Virus record (IMG/VR): IMGVR_UViG_3300037467_001462 | Location: 26,755 to 90,754 of that record | Origin: a virus | DNA length: 64,000 nucleotides | Strand: one strand, 5' to 3' | In this document: piece after piece, positions 54,366-63,696 of the stretch | How the letters are laid out: every line of letters starts with the position of its first letter | Position numbering within the stretch: the stretch's first letter is position 1 | The notes under the pieces: model-generated | Databases searched by the model: none | What the model saw: the letters and a program-made list of their open reading frames with translations, nothing else | Told to the model about the DNA's origin: nothing | Translations under genes and position numbers: made by a program

Positions 54366-55349
54366 ATGTCCAAACGCCTGCCCGTCGTGGCTCTCGCCGC
54401 AGCAACCGGTGTCATCTTCCTCGGCCCCCTCGGCCTCCCCGCAGCCGCGCACGCTGACGGCCCCGACTGCCGACCGTACGTGATCGCTGTTGGCGGCTCG
54501 CAGGAACGGTACATGCAGCAGCAGGGCAACACCACGATCATCGACGGCTATCTTGCTAAGAAGGCCGCTGATGGGAACCGTGTCGCGGAAGCGGATTACA
54601 AGTCGAGCATCTGGCCTGTCGGACCGTACACCAAAGACGAGTCCATCCAGGATGGGGACGCTGTTGTCGCGCGCATGATCGCCGACTACCGCGCCGAATG
54701 CCCCACCGGTGAAGTGACCGTCATCGGACACTCTGAGGGCGCGCAGGTCGCATCCGACTCCGCCCCGCTAGCGGATCATGTCGTCACCTATGGCGACCCG
54801 TACAGCGTCGACGGCATCTACTCGCAGATCCCCGGCATCTACCCAGGCGCCTCCAACTCGGGCACTCGCCCGCCGGCACCGAACGAGCGCCGCTTGTGCC
54901 ACCAGTACGACTGGACATGCAGCGCCCCGGCACCCTGGTCCGATCCGCTGGCATTCGGTCTCGCCGTGCAGGGCTACCTGTCCGGTTGGCACTACTACGA
55001 CGTGGACGAGGCAAACGACGTGCCTGAAGGCACTGAGGTCACTGTGCCTGAACCGTCACCGAACCCGAACATCCCGCAGTCGAGCCCGACTGGGATCCCG
55101 GAATGGCCGCAACCGTTGCCGTCGCTTCCGGAGTGGACTCCCGGACCGCTGCCGTCGATCCAGGATCTGGATCCTGCGTTGATGGCTGTTCAGGATGCTG
55201 TCACCCCGGACCCGTACACGCCGACACCGCTGTCCGCTTACATCCCGGATGAGGTGGAATCGGTTGTGCCGCAGGCTGTCCGCGACTATGTCCCGCCGCC
55301 GCTGCCGACCCTGCCGTCGCTGAACGACCTCGGGATCCGCCTGCCGTGA
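54366..55349 (+). CDS. Secreted cutinase / PE-PPE-like serine hydrolase
   Basis: Signal peptide ending AHA, GHSEG nucleophile elbow, YGDP, D..C, Pro-rich tail. Confidence 0.85.
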   Translation: MSKRLPVVALAAATGVIFLGPLGLPAAAHADGPDCRPYVIAVGGSQERYMQQQGNTTIIDGYLAKKAADGNRVAEADYKSSIWPVGPYTKDESIQDGDAVVARMIADYRAECPTGEVTVIGHSEGAQVASDSAPLADHVVTYGDPYSVDGIYSQIPGIYPGASNSGTRPPAPNERRLCHQYDWTCSAPAPWSDPLAFGLAVQGYLSGWHYYDVDEANDVPEGTEVTVPEPSPNPNIPQSSPTGIPEWPQPLPSLPEWTPGPLPSIQDLDPALMAVQDAVTPDPYTPTPLSAYIPDEVESVVPQAVRDYVPPPLPTLPSLNDLGIRLP

Positions 55350-55523
55350 CGATTGAAAACGAATTCGATCGGGCGCGGGCGGCTCAGCTGCGTGTAATGC
55401 GCGCCCAGGCACGCGCCCGCGAAGCGCAGGAACAGTTGGTCGGTGCACGCGAGGCTGCCGCGCTCAATTTGGCTGCCGCGCAACAGTACCTGGCTGAAAC
55501 CTACCGCGATTTGGGCGGCGACA

Positions 55524-55772
55524 ATGCCTGAGATCACCGTCTACTCGCAGCCGAACTGTATGCCGTGCCGCGCCACCGTCCGCAAACTGAACGCTCTCGG
55601 CGCCGAATACACGAAGGTCGACGTCAGCCAGGACGACACCGCCCTCAACTACATCCTCGACCTCGGCTACCAGCAAACACCGGTAGTCGTAGCGGGGGAT
55701 GAGCACTGGTCAGGCTATTCGCCGGACCGCATCGAGCAGGCAGTGCGCCGAATCAACGAGGAACAACAGTGA
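55524..55772 (+). CDS. nrdH: NrdH-like glutaredoxin
   Basis: ITVYSQPNCMPC...GYQQTPVV...HWSGYSPDRI. Confidence 0.92.
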   Translation: MPEITVYSQPNCMPCRATVRKLNALGAEYTKVDVSQDDTALNYILDLGYQQTPVVVAGDEHWSGYSPDRIEQAVRRINEEQQ

Positions 55773-55996
55773 AATCCCCCGCGCCGAGTGTCGGCCGAAT
55801 CGTGCATTACCAGAGCGAAGACGGCCCAATGGCAGCGATTATCACGGCGGTCGGAGATGACGGCGTCGTTGCATTGTCGACGTTCTACCCCGGCAAACTT
55901 CCTGGCTACCTCGCTGACCGCGAGGGCAATGCGACCGTGATCCCGTACGCGGAAAAGCCGACACCGGGCCACTGGAACTGGCCTCCGCGAGTCTGA
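55769..55996 (+). CDS. Hypothetical phage protein
   Basis: PSVGRIVHY...AAIIT...W.WPPRV motif. Confidence 0.75.
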   Translation: MKSPAPSVGRIVHYQSEDGPMAAIITAVGDDGVVALSTFYPGKLPGYLADREGNATVIPYAEKPTPGHWNWPPRV

Positions 55997-56265
55997 TGCC
56001 ACGGACGCCTGAACAGCAAGCCGCGGACAACGCGCTCACCGCTGCCATCGAATCCGTGTGGGCCGCATACGACGACGACCCCGACCGCGGTGTCCTCATG
56101 GACTACATGGTTGTCGCCGCCCGTGCCGGATTCGGCGAAGACGGTGACCGCTGGACCTCAGTGGGCGCTTTCACCCGCGAGGACAGCGTCCCCATCCACG
56201 TGCAAATCGGGCTTCTCGAATACCGGTTGGCCAGACTGCGCGACATCTTGAACGAACCCGACTAA
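55996..56265 (+). CDS. Hypothetical protein
   Basis: Coupled ORF. Confidence 0.65.
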   Translation: MPRTPEQQAADNALTAAIESVWAAYDDDPDRGVLMDYMVVAARAGFGEDGDRWTSVGAFTREDSVPIHVQIGLLEYRLARLRDILNEPD

Positions 56266-56691
56266 CCAGTCCGGGCCGGATAGGAGAACACATGAAATTC
56301 CGGCTCAAACTGTGGCTGTTCGAGATCGAAATCGACACCCCCGCACCCGAACAGGTCTCCACCATCGACCTCGTCTCCGCGGTCATCTCCACCCTCGCCC
56401 AGCAACCGCAAACGATCATGCTGATGCACGACGAATGCGAAACGGACGAAGAGTCATAGTGGCCGACCGTTTCTGCACGGCAGAGACAGCGTGGATCGTC
56501 CTGCTCGCGGGCGTGACCGCCTGGGAACTCCTAGCCCCGACCGGACACCTGCTGTCCGAGGGCGTCGACCGCGCTATCGAACGCCACCCTGTCATCACCC
56601 GCGCCGCAATCGCCGTGACCGCACTCCACCTCATGAACCTTCTTCCCAGCCAGGTAGATCCGTTCCACCATCTCCCGAGAGTGCTCAAAAT

Positions 56692-57564
56692 TTGATCAAG
56701 AACCCTGTGTTCGGCCGTCTCCCGCACGACCCGCGTCCCCCGCGCCTCCGCCTCACCGCAGACCATTTGCGCGGCTACACAGCACCACCCACCGCCGACT
56801 GGCTCTCCGGAGTCAAAACCTGGCCCATGTCGCTGAACGACCAGATCGGCTGCTGCACCGCATCCGGTGCCGGCCACGTCGCGCAGCAGATCAATTGGTA
56901 CGGCCAGCATCAGGACGCCCCGGTCGCCGACAAAGACGTTCTCGCGTTCTACGAGGCCGTCAGCGGGTACCAGCCCGGCAAGCCCTCCACCGATGTCGGC
57001 GCCACCCTCCAGGACGCGTTGAAGCGCTGGCACCAGGTGGGCATCGGCGGCAACAAGATCGCCGCCTACGCGCAGATCGACGCCACCGACCACGACACCA
57101 TCCGCGCCTGCATCTCGTTGTTCGGCGCCGTATACGCGGGTATGAACTTCCCGTCGAGCGCCATGGACCAGTTCAACCGCGGCCAAGAATGGACCGTGGT
57201 GAAACGCGCCACCATGGAAGGTGGGCACTGCATCAACCTCGGCGCCTACGACGACGGCTTCACCTGCGTCACATGGGGCAGAACTCAGAAGATGAGTGCC
57301 GATTTCGCCCTGCGGTTCGTCGATGAGTGCTGGATCCCCTTGGACCTGGATTGGCTCTCCGCGCAGGGTATTTCACCCGCCACGATCGACGCCGCCACAT
57401 TGAACGCCGACTATCAGGCGCTCACCGGACAGGCCGGTCCCTTCCCCGTCATCACCCCGGCGCCGGCGCCCGTACCGACCCCTGCCCCGACCCCGGTCCC
57501 TGTCGACGCCGATAAGACTCTCGCCGCGGCGTTCGCGACATGGAAGACCGCTAAGGGCCTCTAA
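56692..57564 (+). CDS. Papain-like (C1) cysteine peptidase-like protein
   Basis: DQIGCCT, GGHCI, VTWG; TTGA overlap start. Confidence 0.7.
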   Translation: MIKNPVFGRLPHDPRPPRLRLTADHLRGYTAPPTADWLSGVKTWPMSLNDQIGCCTASGAGHVAQQINWYGQHQDAPVADKDVLAFYEAVSGYQPGKPSTDVGATLQDALKRWHQVGIGGNKIAAYAQIDATDHDTIRACISLFGAVYAGMNFPSSAMDQFNRGQEWTVVKRATMEGGHCINLGAYDDGFTCVTWGRTQKMSADFALRFVDECWIPLDLDWLSAQGISPATIDAATLNADYQALTGQAGPFPVITPAPAPVPTPAPTPVPVDADKTLAAAFATWKTAKGL

Positions 57565-57684
57565 CTTCACCCCACCGGAAGGGGCGACACACGTTGTCGC
57601 CTCTTCGCCCGGCCGTCCAGGTGGCGGCCGTTCCCCCTACAGCACGGACAGGCCAGGAGCCGTCGTGTCTATGGAGGTCGCCAA

Positions 57685-58194
57685 ATGGCACGTAAACGCA
57701 CCATCCCCATCGAAACCCTCGTCACCACCCAACAGAAACGCAACTACGCCCTCGAACTCCGCCTAGCGGGCAAGTCGCAGCGCGAGATCTGCGAAGAAAC
57801 CGGGTGGGACAAATCCAGCGTCTCCCGCTACATCAGCGCCGCTATCGCAGACATCACCCGCGAAAACGCCGAAGAGTACCTGGAAATGGAGCTATCGCGG
57901 CTCGACGCCATGCTCGCCGCGATCTGGCCCGACATCATTTCCGGTGAAAAGGGCGCCGAATGGAAAATCGACCGCGCCCTCGCCATCATGGAACAACGCG
58001 CCAAGCTGACCGGCACCTACAAGGCCGCAGAGCTGAAGGCTATCGCTGAAGCCAAGGGCGGCGCGAACGTCGAAACCGCGTCGATGATCGTCGACCTGTT
58101 CTCCGCAATCACCAACGCAGTCGGAACCGACGTAAGCAACCCAGACGACAACGACGAAGGCGACGAGCCCCCGGACTCGGACGGCGACCAGTGA
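57685..58194 (+). CDS. terS: Terminase small subunit (HTH)
   Basis: ALELRLAGKS..EI, ELSRLDAML, RAKLTG; overlaps the terL start. Confidence 0.85.
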   Translation: MARKRTIPIETLVTTQQKRNYALELRLAGKSQREICEETGWDKSSVSRYISAAIADITRENAEEYLEMELSRLDAMLAAIWPDIISGEKGAEWKIDRALAIMEQRAKLTGTYKAAELKAIAEAKGGANVETASMIVDLFSAITNAVGTDVSNPDDNDEGDEPPDSDGDQ

Positions 58195-60479
58195 TCAACC
58201 TGGATGCGCTGCCCATGTCCCGCAAGCAGCTCGCATCCATGGTGTCCTACACCCACTACCGCACCACAATCTGGTCCGGCGCAGTCCGCTCCGGCAAAAC
58301 CATTTCCTCCATCGCAGCGTTCTTCCACGCCGTCGCAGTCGCCCCCACCACCGGCCAGATCGTGATCGTCGGCCGCACCCTGCAAACCATCGAACGCAAC
58401 ATCCTCGACGCGATGCAGGACGTCACCATTTTCGGGCCGCTCGCGCACGAGGTGCACCACACTCGCGGATCCAACACAGCAGTGATCCTCGGACGCACCG
58501 TGTGGTTGATCGGTGCCAGCGACGTCCGCGCAGAATCCAAAATCCGCGGCCTCACAGCCTGTCTCGCGATGGTCGACGAAGCCACGCTGCTACCGGAGAA
58601 CTTCTGGTCACAGCTCGGCGCCCGCCTGTCGGTGCCTGGCGCGAAACTGCTGGCAACAACCAACCCCGACAACCCATCGCACTACCTCAAGGTCAATTTC
58701 ATTGACCGGGCGCATGAGCGTGGGATGCGGTTGAAGGCATGGAACTTCACCCTCGACGACAACCCCGGTCTCGATGACGCCTACATCGCGTCGTTGAAAG
58801 CCGAAAACCAGGGCCTGTTCTATTTGCGCAACATCCTCGGCCAATGGGTCGCAGCAGACGGCGCAGTCTACGACTGCTTCGACCCCGCCAAACATGTTGT
58901 GAAGTGGACGGAACTGCCAGACATGCAGTTCTATTTGGGGATCGGCGTCGACCACGGCACCACAAACCCGACCGCCGCCACCCTCCTCGGCCTGGGCACA
59001 GACAACATCCTCTACGCGGTCGACGAATGGCGATACGCGCCGTCCAACAAGGAAGCCCGCAAAACCAACGTCCAACTGTCCGAAGGACTCCGGACATGGA
59101 TGGCCGGCCCGCACCACCCCTCCGAGGACCCCGATAACCCGCCGCGGTTGAAGTGCTACACGTTCGTTGACCCCGCCGCCGCCGACTACCGCGTCCAGTT
59201 GAAACAAGACGGACTCACCACGTACCCGGCGCAAAACAACGTCCTGTACGGAATCCGCACCGTCTCAGCGCTACTCAGCACCGGCCAGTTGAAGATTTCG
59301 GATCGCTGCCCGGAGTTGTTGAAAGAACTCCCCGGCTATGTGTGGGACACCAAGGCGACGGACGAGGGCAAAGACCAGCCGATCAAGCTGAACGATCACT
59401 CGTGCTTCGTTGCTGGGACGTTGGTGGAAACGATCGACGGCCCACAGCCTATCGAAACGATCCGGCCTGGCACTCTGGCGTTGACTCGTGCTGGCTATAA
59501 GCCAGTTATAGAGAGTGGTTGCACAGGAGTGGAGCCGGTATTTTCCGTCACACTTTCTGACGGAAGCTCGTTGGTGGGCACCGGAAATCACCCGGTCTGG
59601 GTGCAGGGCAAGGGATTCACGCGAATCGACGGCTTGCGTTACGCTGATAAACTTGATACGTGCAAAAGCGCGTCGAAGTTGCAGTATTCAAAGGCATCAA
59701 ATTCCGTCGCTACCCAGACTCGAAACATCGTTCCGACCAGGTCTATTACACACCGGGGATCGGCGACAAGCAGAACGGTTGGAAGCGGCTCCACGAAGAA
59801 ATCTGGATGGACTCCCACGGGGTCACCGAGATTCCCGAAGGCCACCACATCCACCACGTGGACCACGATCCTTCCAACAATGACCCGTCGAATCTGGAAT
59901 GCATTCCAGCAGGCGAACATCTGGCCCATCACGGCGAAGACTTCCGGAATGATCCAGAGCGAGTCGCGCGGCAGCGCGAACACATGGCAACAATCCGGCC
60001 ACTCACCGTGGAATGGCATCGCAGCGAAGAAGGCCGCGCCTGGCATCGCGAACATGCCCGCAAAATCTGGGACGACTGGCAGCCGAAGCAAGCCGCCTGC
60101 GACCACTGCGGGACCGAGTTCGAATCACCACTTCCTGGCCGATTCTGCTCGAACAACTGCAAGTCCTCGTGGCGACGAGCGGCTGGGCTCGACAACGTTG
60201 AACGCGCCTGCGTCATCTGTGGAGAGTCGTTCACGATCAACAAATACGCTCGGGGGCAAACCTGCTCCCGTAAGTGTCGTGGCCGTCTCCAGTCGCGCAA
60301 TTGCGCAGCCCGTGTACAACCTGACAGTGGCCGAGCAGCCTGAGTACTACGCCAATGGCGTCCTCGTTCACAACTGCGACTCACTCCGCTACTCGATCGC
60401 ATCGACCGAGCGCAAGTGGCGCAAATACGTGAAACTCGCCAGCGCTTCAAAGCTGGACTCGATGCCGGATGCGGCGTAA
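58191..60479 (+). CDS. terL: Terminase large subunit precursor with intein (762 aa; 438 aa after splicing)
   Basis: GAVRSGKT, MVDEA, TTNP, GVDHG, DP, DHS|CDSLRY. Confidence 0.95.
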   Translation: MINLDALPMSRKQLASMVSYTHYRTTIWSGAVRSGKTISSIAAFFHAVAVAPTTGQIVIVGRTLQTIERNILDAMQDVTIFGPLAHEVHHTRGSNTAVILGRTVWLIGASDVRAESKIRGLTACLAMVDEATLLPENFWSQLGARLSVPGAKLLATTNPDNPSHYLKVNFIDRAHERGMRLKAWNFTLDDNPGLDDAYIASLKAENQGLFYLRNILGQWVAADGAVYDCFDPAKHVVKWTELPDMQFYLGIGVDHGTTNPTAATLLGLGTDNILYAVDEWRYAPSNKEARKTNVQLSEGLRTWMAGPHHPSEDPDNPPRLKCYTFVDPAAADYRVQLKQDGLTTYPAQNNVLYGIRTVSALLSTGQLKISDRCPELLKELPGYVWDTKATDEGKDQPIKLNDHSCFVAGTLVETIDGPQPIETIRPGTLALTRAGYKPVIESGCTGVEPVFSVTLSDGSSLVGTGNHPVWVQGKGFTRIDGLRYADKLDTCKSASKLQYSKASNSVATQTRNIVPTRSITHRGSATSRTVGSGSTKKSGWTPTGSPRFPKATTSTTWTTILPTMTRRIWNAFQQANIWPITAKTSGMIQSESRGSANTWQQSGHSPWNGIAAKKAAPGIANMPAKSGTTGSRSKPPATTAGPSSNHHFLADSARTTASPRGDERLGSTTLNAPASSVESRSRSTNTLGGKPAPVSVVAVSSRAIAQPVYNLTVAEQPEYYANGVLVHNCDSLRYSIASTERKWRKYVKLASASKLDSMPDAA
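59403..60374 (+). mobile_element. Class 1 intein, 324 aa
   Basis: Block A CFVAGTLV, block B GTGNHPVW, block F VYNLTV, block G VHN followed by Cys+1. Confidence 0.93.
59660..60343 (+). CDS. HNH homing endonuclease nested out of frame inside the intein
   Basis: RLHEEIW...IPEGHHIHHVDHDPSNNDPSNLECI...HLAHH, plus two CxxC...CSxxC zinc fingers. Confidence 0.88.
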   Translation: MQKRVEVAVFKGIKFRRYPDSKHRSDQVYYTPGIGDKQNGWKRLHEEIWMDSHGVTEIPEGHHIHHVDHDPSNNDPSNLECIPAGEHLAHHGEDFRNDPERVARQREHMATIRPLTVEWHRSEEGRAWHREHARKIWDDWQPKQAACDHCGTEFESPLPGRFCSNNCKSSWRRAAGLDNVERACVICGESFTINKYARGQTCSRKCRGRLQSRNCAARVQPDSGRAA

Positions 60480-60549
60480 AAACCGCATCCGACCTCAGGG
60501 TTTGCGCCTCCGAATACGATTGTTCTAACAGTTGATCTAGGAGACGGAA

Positions 60550-60804
60550 TTGTCGCTCGCGGATGACGTGCACGCTGCACAGCAAGAAACCCGCAAACCG
60601 AACCCGTGCAAAACCGGGCTGTTCTTCCAAAGCGTGGACGAACGGGACCGGACCGCCGCGAGAGCATTCCTCGAAGACGGCGGCGCGGTATCCGACCTGT
60701 GGCGCATGTGCGTGAAGAACGGGTGCGAAGCGGCAGAAACACAGTTCCGGAAACACTGCCGGGGAATGTGCTCCTGCGCGCGCGGTTTGGAGAGTGTCGC
60801 TTGA
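60550..60804 (+). CDS. Small Cys-rich hypothetical protein
   Basis: AGGAG RBS; HCRGMCSC end; coupled to the phosphoesterase. Confidence 0.7.
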   Translation: MSLADDVHAAQQETRKPNPCKTGLFFQSVDERDRTAARAFLEDGGAVSDLWRMCVKNGCEAAETQFRKHCRGMCSCARGLESVA

Positions 60805-62000
60805 GCCTCGCAGACGAGATCGAGAACGCGCCAGCCCCGAACGAGCCCGCGAACAAGGGATCGATCGACGTAACCCGTGACGGCGCGGTGGTCAACAACG
60901 TCGTTGTCGACGGGCCGATCAACGAGGACTGGACCCGCGTCTTCGAACTGTTCCGACTCGACGCCAACGAATTCGAAGTCGTTGACGACACCGTCCGCAT
61001 GTCCACCTGGCAGCAGTCCCGCCGCACTGAAGAGGGCGACCGCGACACTGTCCAACTGTATTCCTACAGTGCACGTTTCCGGCGCAAGCCGAAAGAATGG
61101 CTGCCCGAAGCGGAGATAGAAGAACGCCGCGCGCAGGTCCGCAACTGGGTTCTGCCCGCCATGCCCGCCCCGTCAGTTGACCGCCCGTCTGTCGCCGCAG
61201 TGATCAACCTCGCGGACGTCCAGGGCGGCAAATCAGAGGGCGGGGGAGTGGCCGCCACTCAGCAGCGATTGCTGGATGGTCTCGCGAACGTGCAGACGTG
61301 GCTGAATCGTCAACGCCTACACCACAACATCGACGAAGTCGTCCTAGTCAACAACGGCGACCCCATGGAAGGCTGCGACGGCTCCTACGCCTCCCAGCTG
61401 TTCACCGTCGAGTTGAACACCCGCGGACAAATGAACTTCGTCCTCGACATGTGGGAGCTATACGCGCGAGAACTGTTCCCCCAGTTCACCAAAGCCCAAT
61501 TCGTGTCCGTCCTCTGCAACCACGGACAGCTCGGACGGCAGAACGGACGCGACAACAAAACCTCCGACAGCGACAACGCCGGCGGGTTCCTCGCCGAAAC
61601 CTTGCGCAGGATCCTCGCCGCCCGCCCCGAGTTCGACCACGTGCAGTGGACGATCCCGCACGACGAGATGAACGTGTATACGACTGTCGCTGGGGTTCCG
61701 ATGGCGTTCAATCATGGCCACAAGATCAGCGGGCATGACGCGTCCGGCTTCGAGAAGTGGCTCAACGGCCAAGTCAGAGGCGACCTAGACGCGCATCGCG
61801 CTCGCATCTGGCAGACCGCCCACCGCCACCACTTCGCCGCCTGGGACATGGGGTCCTGCACAGTGTTCCAGGCTCCAAGTCTGGACGGCGGCTCCAAGTG
61901 GCTGCGTGACATGACGGGACGCTACTCCCGCTCCGGGATCCTGACTTACCTCGTGGGTGACCATTCCCCGCTCGGCTGGTCGGATCTCGCCTTCCTGTAA
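60801..62000 (+). CDS. Calcineurin-like metallophosphoesterase
   Basis: ADVQ.GK, NGDPMEG, CNHG, HGH, AHRH. Confidence 0.85.
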   Translation: MSLADEIENAPAPNEPANKGSIDVTRDGAVVNNVVVDGPINEDWTRVFELFRLDANEFEVVDDTVRMSTWQQSRRTEEGDRDTVQLYSYSARFRRKPKEWLPEAEIEERRAQVRNWVLPAMPAPSVDRPSVAAVINLADVQGGKSEGGGVAATQQRLLDGLANVQTWLNRQRLHHNIDEVVLVNNGDPMEGCDGSYASQLFTVELNTRGQMNFVLDMWELYARELFPQFTKAQFVSVLCNHGQLGRQNGRDNKTSDSDNAGGFLAETLRRILAARPEFDHVQWTIPHDEMNVYTTVAGVPMAFNHGHKISGHDASGFEKWLNGQVRGDLDAHRARIWQTAHRHHFAAWDMGSCTVFQAPSLDGGSKWLRDMTGRYSRSGILTYLVGDHSPLGWSDLAFL

Positions 62001-62064
62001 CTGACTTTCCAACTTCACAGCGCCGCAACGGTTTCGCGCGCTCTCTCTTCTTGGAGGCTGTCGC

Positions 62065-63696
62065 ATGCCGATGCCCGAGTTCTCTGGCGCCTGGCCACCT
62101 AAGCCGTGGGACGAGGCAGCAAAACAGTGGGATACGTATACCGCCTGGTGGAGCAGCGATATCGAAGCGCTCGAAGGCATCTACAGCGACCCGACCTATA
62201 TCCCGCCGCGCCCATCTCAGCTCTCCCATGGCCTACGTGGGCGACTTGCCCGCTTCTGGTTTGGGCGCCCGATGCTGCAAGACCAGAAACGCTTGCATGT
62301 GCCCGCACCCGCAGATGTCGCCACCGCGTCCGCTGACCTCCTGTTCGGGCAGCCGCCATCGTGGCTGTTCTCCGAAGGTGACGCCACAGACGTGGAGGGC
62401 GCGCAAGAACGCCTGAACGACATCATGGATGACGCGGACACGGTTGCTGTGTTCCTGGAGGGCGCTGAAACCGGTGCGGCGTTGTGCGGAACCTACTACC
62501 GCTTGGTGTGGGACAAGTCGTTCTGCGACAAGGTCATGATCTCGGTGGTACCCCCGGACGCTGCTATCCCTGTGTGGCGGTACGGCAAGCTGGCTGAAGT
62601 TACTTTCTGGACGATCGTCGCTGAGGACAAGCGCGGAGTATGGCGGCACCTGGAACATCATTCGCCCGGTGCGATCGAACACCGCCTGTATCTCGGCGAT
62701 AAGGGCTTGATCGGCCGCGAAATGGACCTCACCGACCTGCCGGTGATGAAGTGGGCCGCCGACATTGTGGATGAGAACTCCACCGTGAAAACCGGCCTCG
62801 ACCGCTTGACGGCTGCATACGTCCCGAACGTGAAACCGGCACGCAGGTGGCGGAATGATCCACTGTTGGCGCCGTTAGGTCGCTCCGATTTTGAGGGTGT
62901 CGAGCACCTGTTCGACGCCTTGGATGAGGCTTGGTCATCGTGGATGCGGGACATTGATCTTGCGAAGGCTCGCTTGTTCGTGTCGCAGGAAGCGTTGGAG
63001 GACAACGGCCCTGGTAAGGGTTCGACGTGGGATCCGGAACAGCAGATTTTCACGCCTGTCCCTGGAGCTGGCTTGTTGCCCGAGGACGGCCCTAACCAGT
63101 TGGTGCAGGCGCAGCAGTTCGCGATCCGCGTTGAGGAGCATGAGCGGACATGCGACAAACTGTTGAAGCAGATCCTTCGCGCGTGCGGGTATTCGTCTGC
63201 CGACTTCGACGACGCCGATTCAGCTGCGATCACGGCGACGGAAGTGTCTGCGCGTCAAGGCAAGTCGAACTCGACGCGAAGCCGGAAGATTCTGTATCAC
63301 CAGAGTGCGCTACAGCCCTTGGCTCGCACCGCGGTTCTCCTGGATGGCATCGTCTGGGAGCGAGGCGATTTCGGGTTGAAGAAGGACCCGGAAATGAAGT
63401 TCCCGGTCCGTTCGGACCAGGACCCCGTCCAGTTGTCGACGACTATCAGCAATCTGAGGGCTGCTCGCGCGGCTTCGACGGAAACGCTGGTGCGCATGTA
63501 CAACCCGAACTGGTCCAACGACGAGATCGATGAGGAAGTCCGCAAGATCATGGACGAGGACCGAATGCAGGTTCCGGACCATCTTCCGGGCGAGTTCGGC
63601 GGCACCAACAGCCAGGACCTGAACGAGGATCCTGCTGCCGCGCAGAACGATCCGACCGCTACCGATAGCGCTGATGGGGTGCAGGAGGCTGCCTGA
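62065..63696 (+). CDS. Portal protein (SPP1/A118-like)
   Basis: LHVPAPADVA..SADLLF, LGRSDF, FAIRVEEH, TATEV; follows terL. Confidence 0.9.
   Translation: MPMPEFSGAWPPKPWDEAAKQWDTYTAWWSSDIEALEGIYSDPTYIPPRPSQLSHGLRGRLARFWFGRPMLQDQKRLHVPAPADVATASADLLFGQPPSWLFSEGDATDVEGAQERLNDIMDDADTVAVFLEGAETGAALCGTYYRLVWDKSFCDKVMISVVPPDAAIPVWRYGKLAEVTFWTIVAEDKRGVWRHLEHHSPGAIEHRLYLGDKGLIGREMDLTDLPVMKWAADIVDENSTVKTGLDRLTAAYVPNVKPARRWRNDPLLAPLGRSDFEGVEHLFDALDEAWSSWMRDIDLAKARLFVSQEALEDNGPGKGSTWDPEQQIFTPVPGAGLLPEDGPNQLVQAQQFAIRVEEHERTCDKLLKQILRACGYSSADFDDADSAAITATEVSARQGKSNSTRSRKILYHQSALQPLARTAVLLDGIVWERGDFGLKKDPEMKFPVRSDQDPVQLSTTISNLRAARAASTETLVRMYNPNWSNDEIDEEVRKIMDEDRMQVPDHLPGEFGGTNSQDLNEDPAAAQNDPTATDSADGVQEAA

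Noticed and set aside
57455-57502. Short tandem repeats
   Set aside because: Encode an ordinary PAPAPVPTPAPTPVP linker
59640-59710. Programmed -1 frameshift fusing the HNH to the intein
   Set aside because: No clear X-XXY-YYZ slippery site, and the HNH frame stops at 60343 before block G, so a fusion could not splice; an independent start fits better
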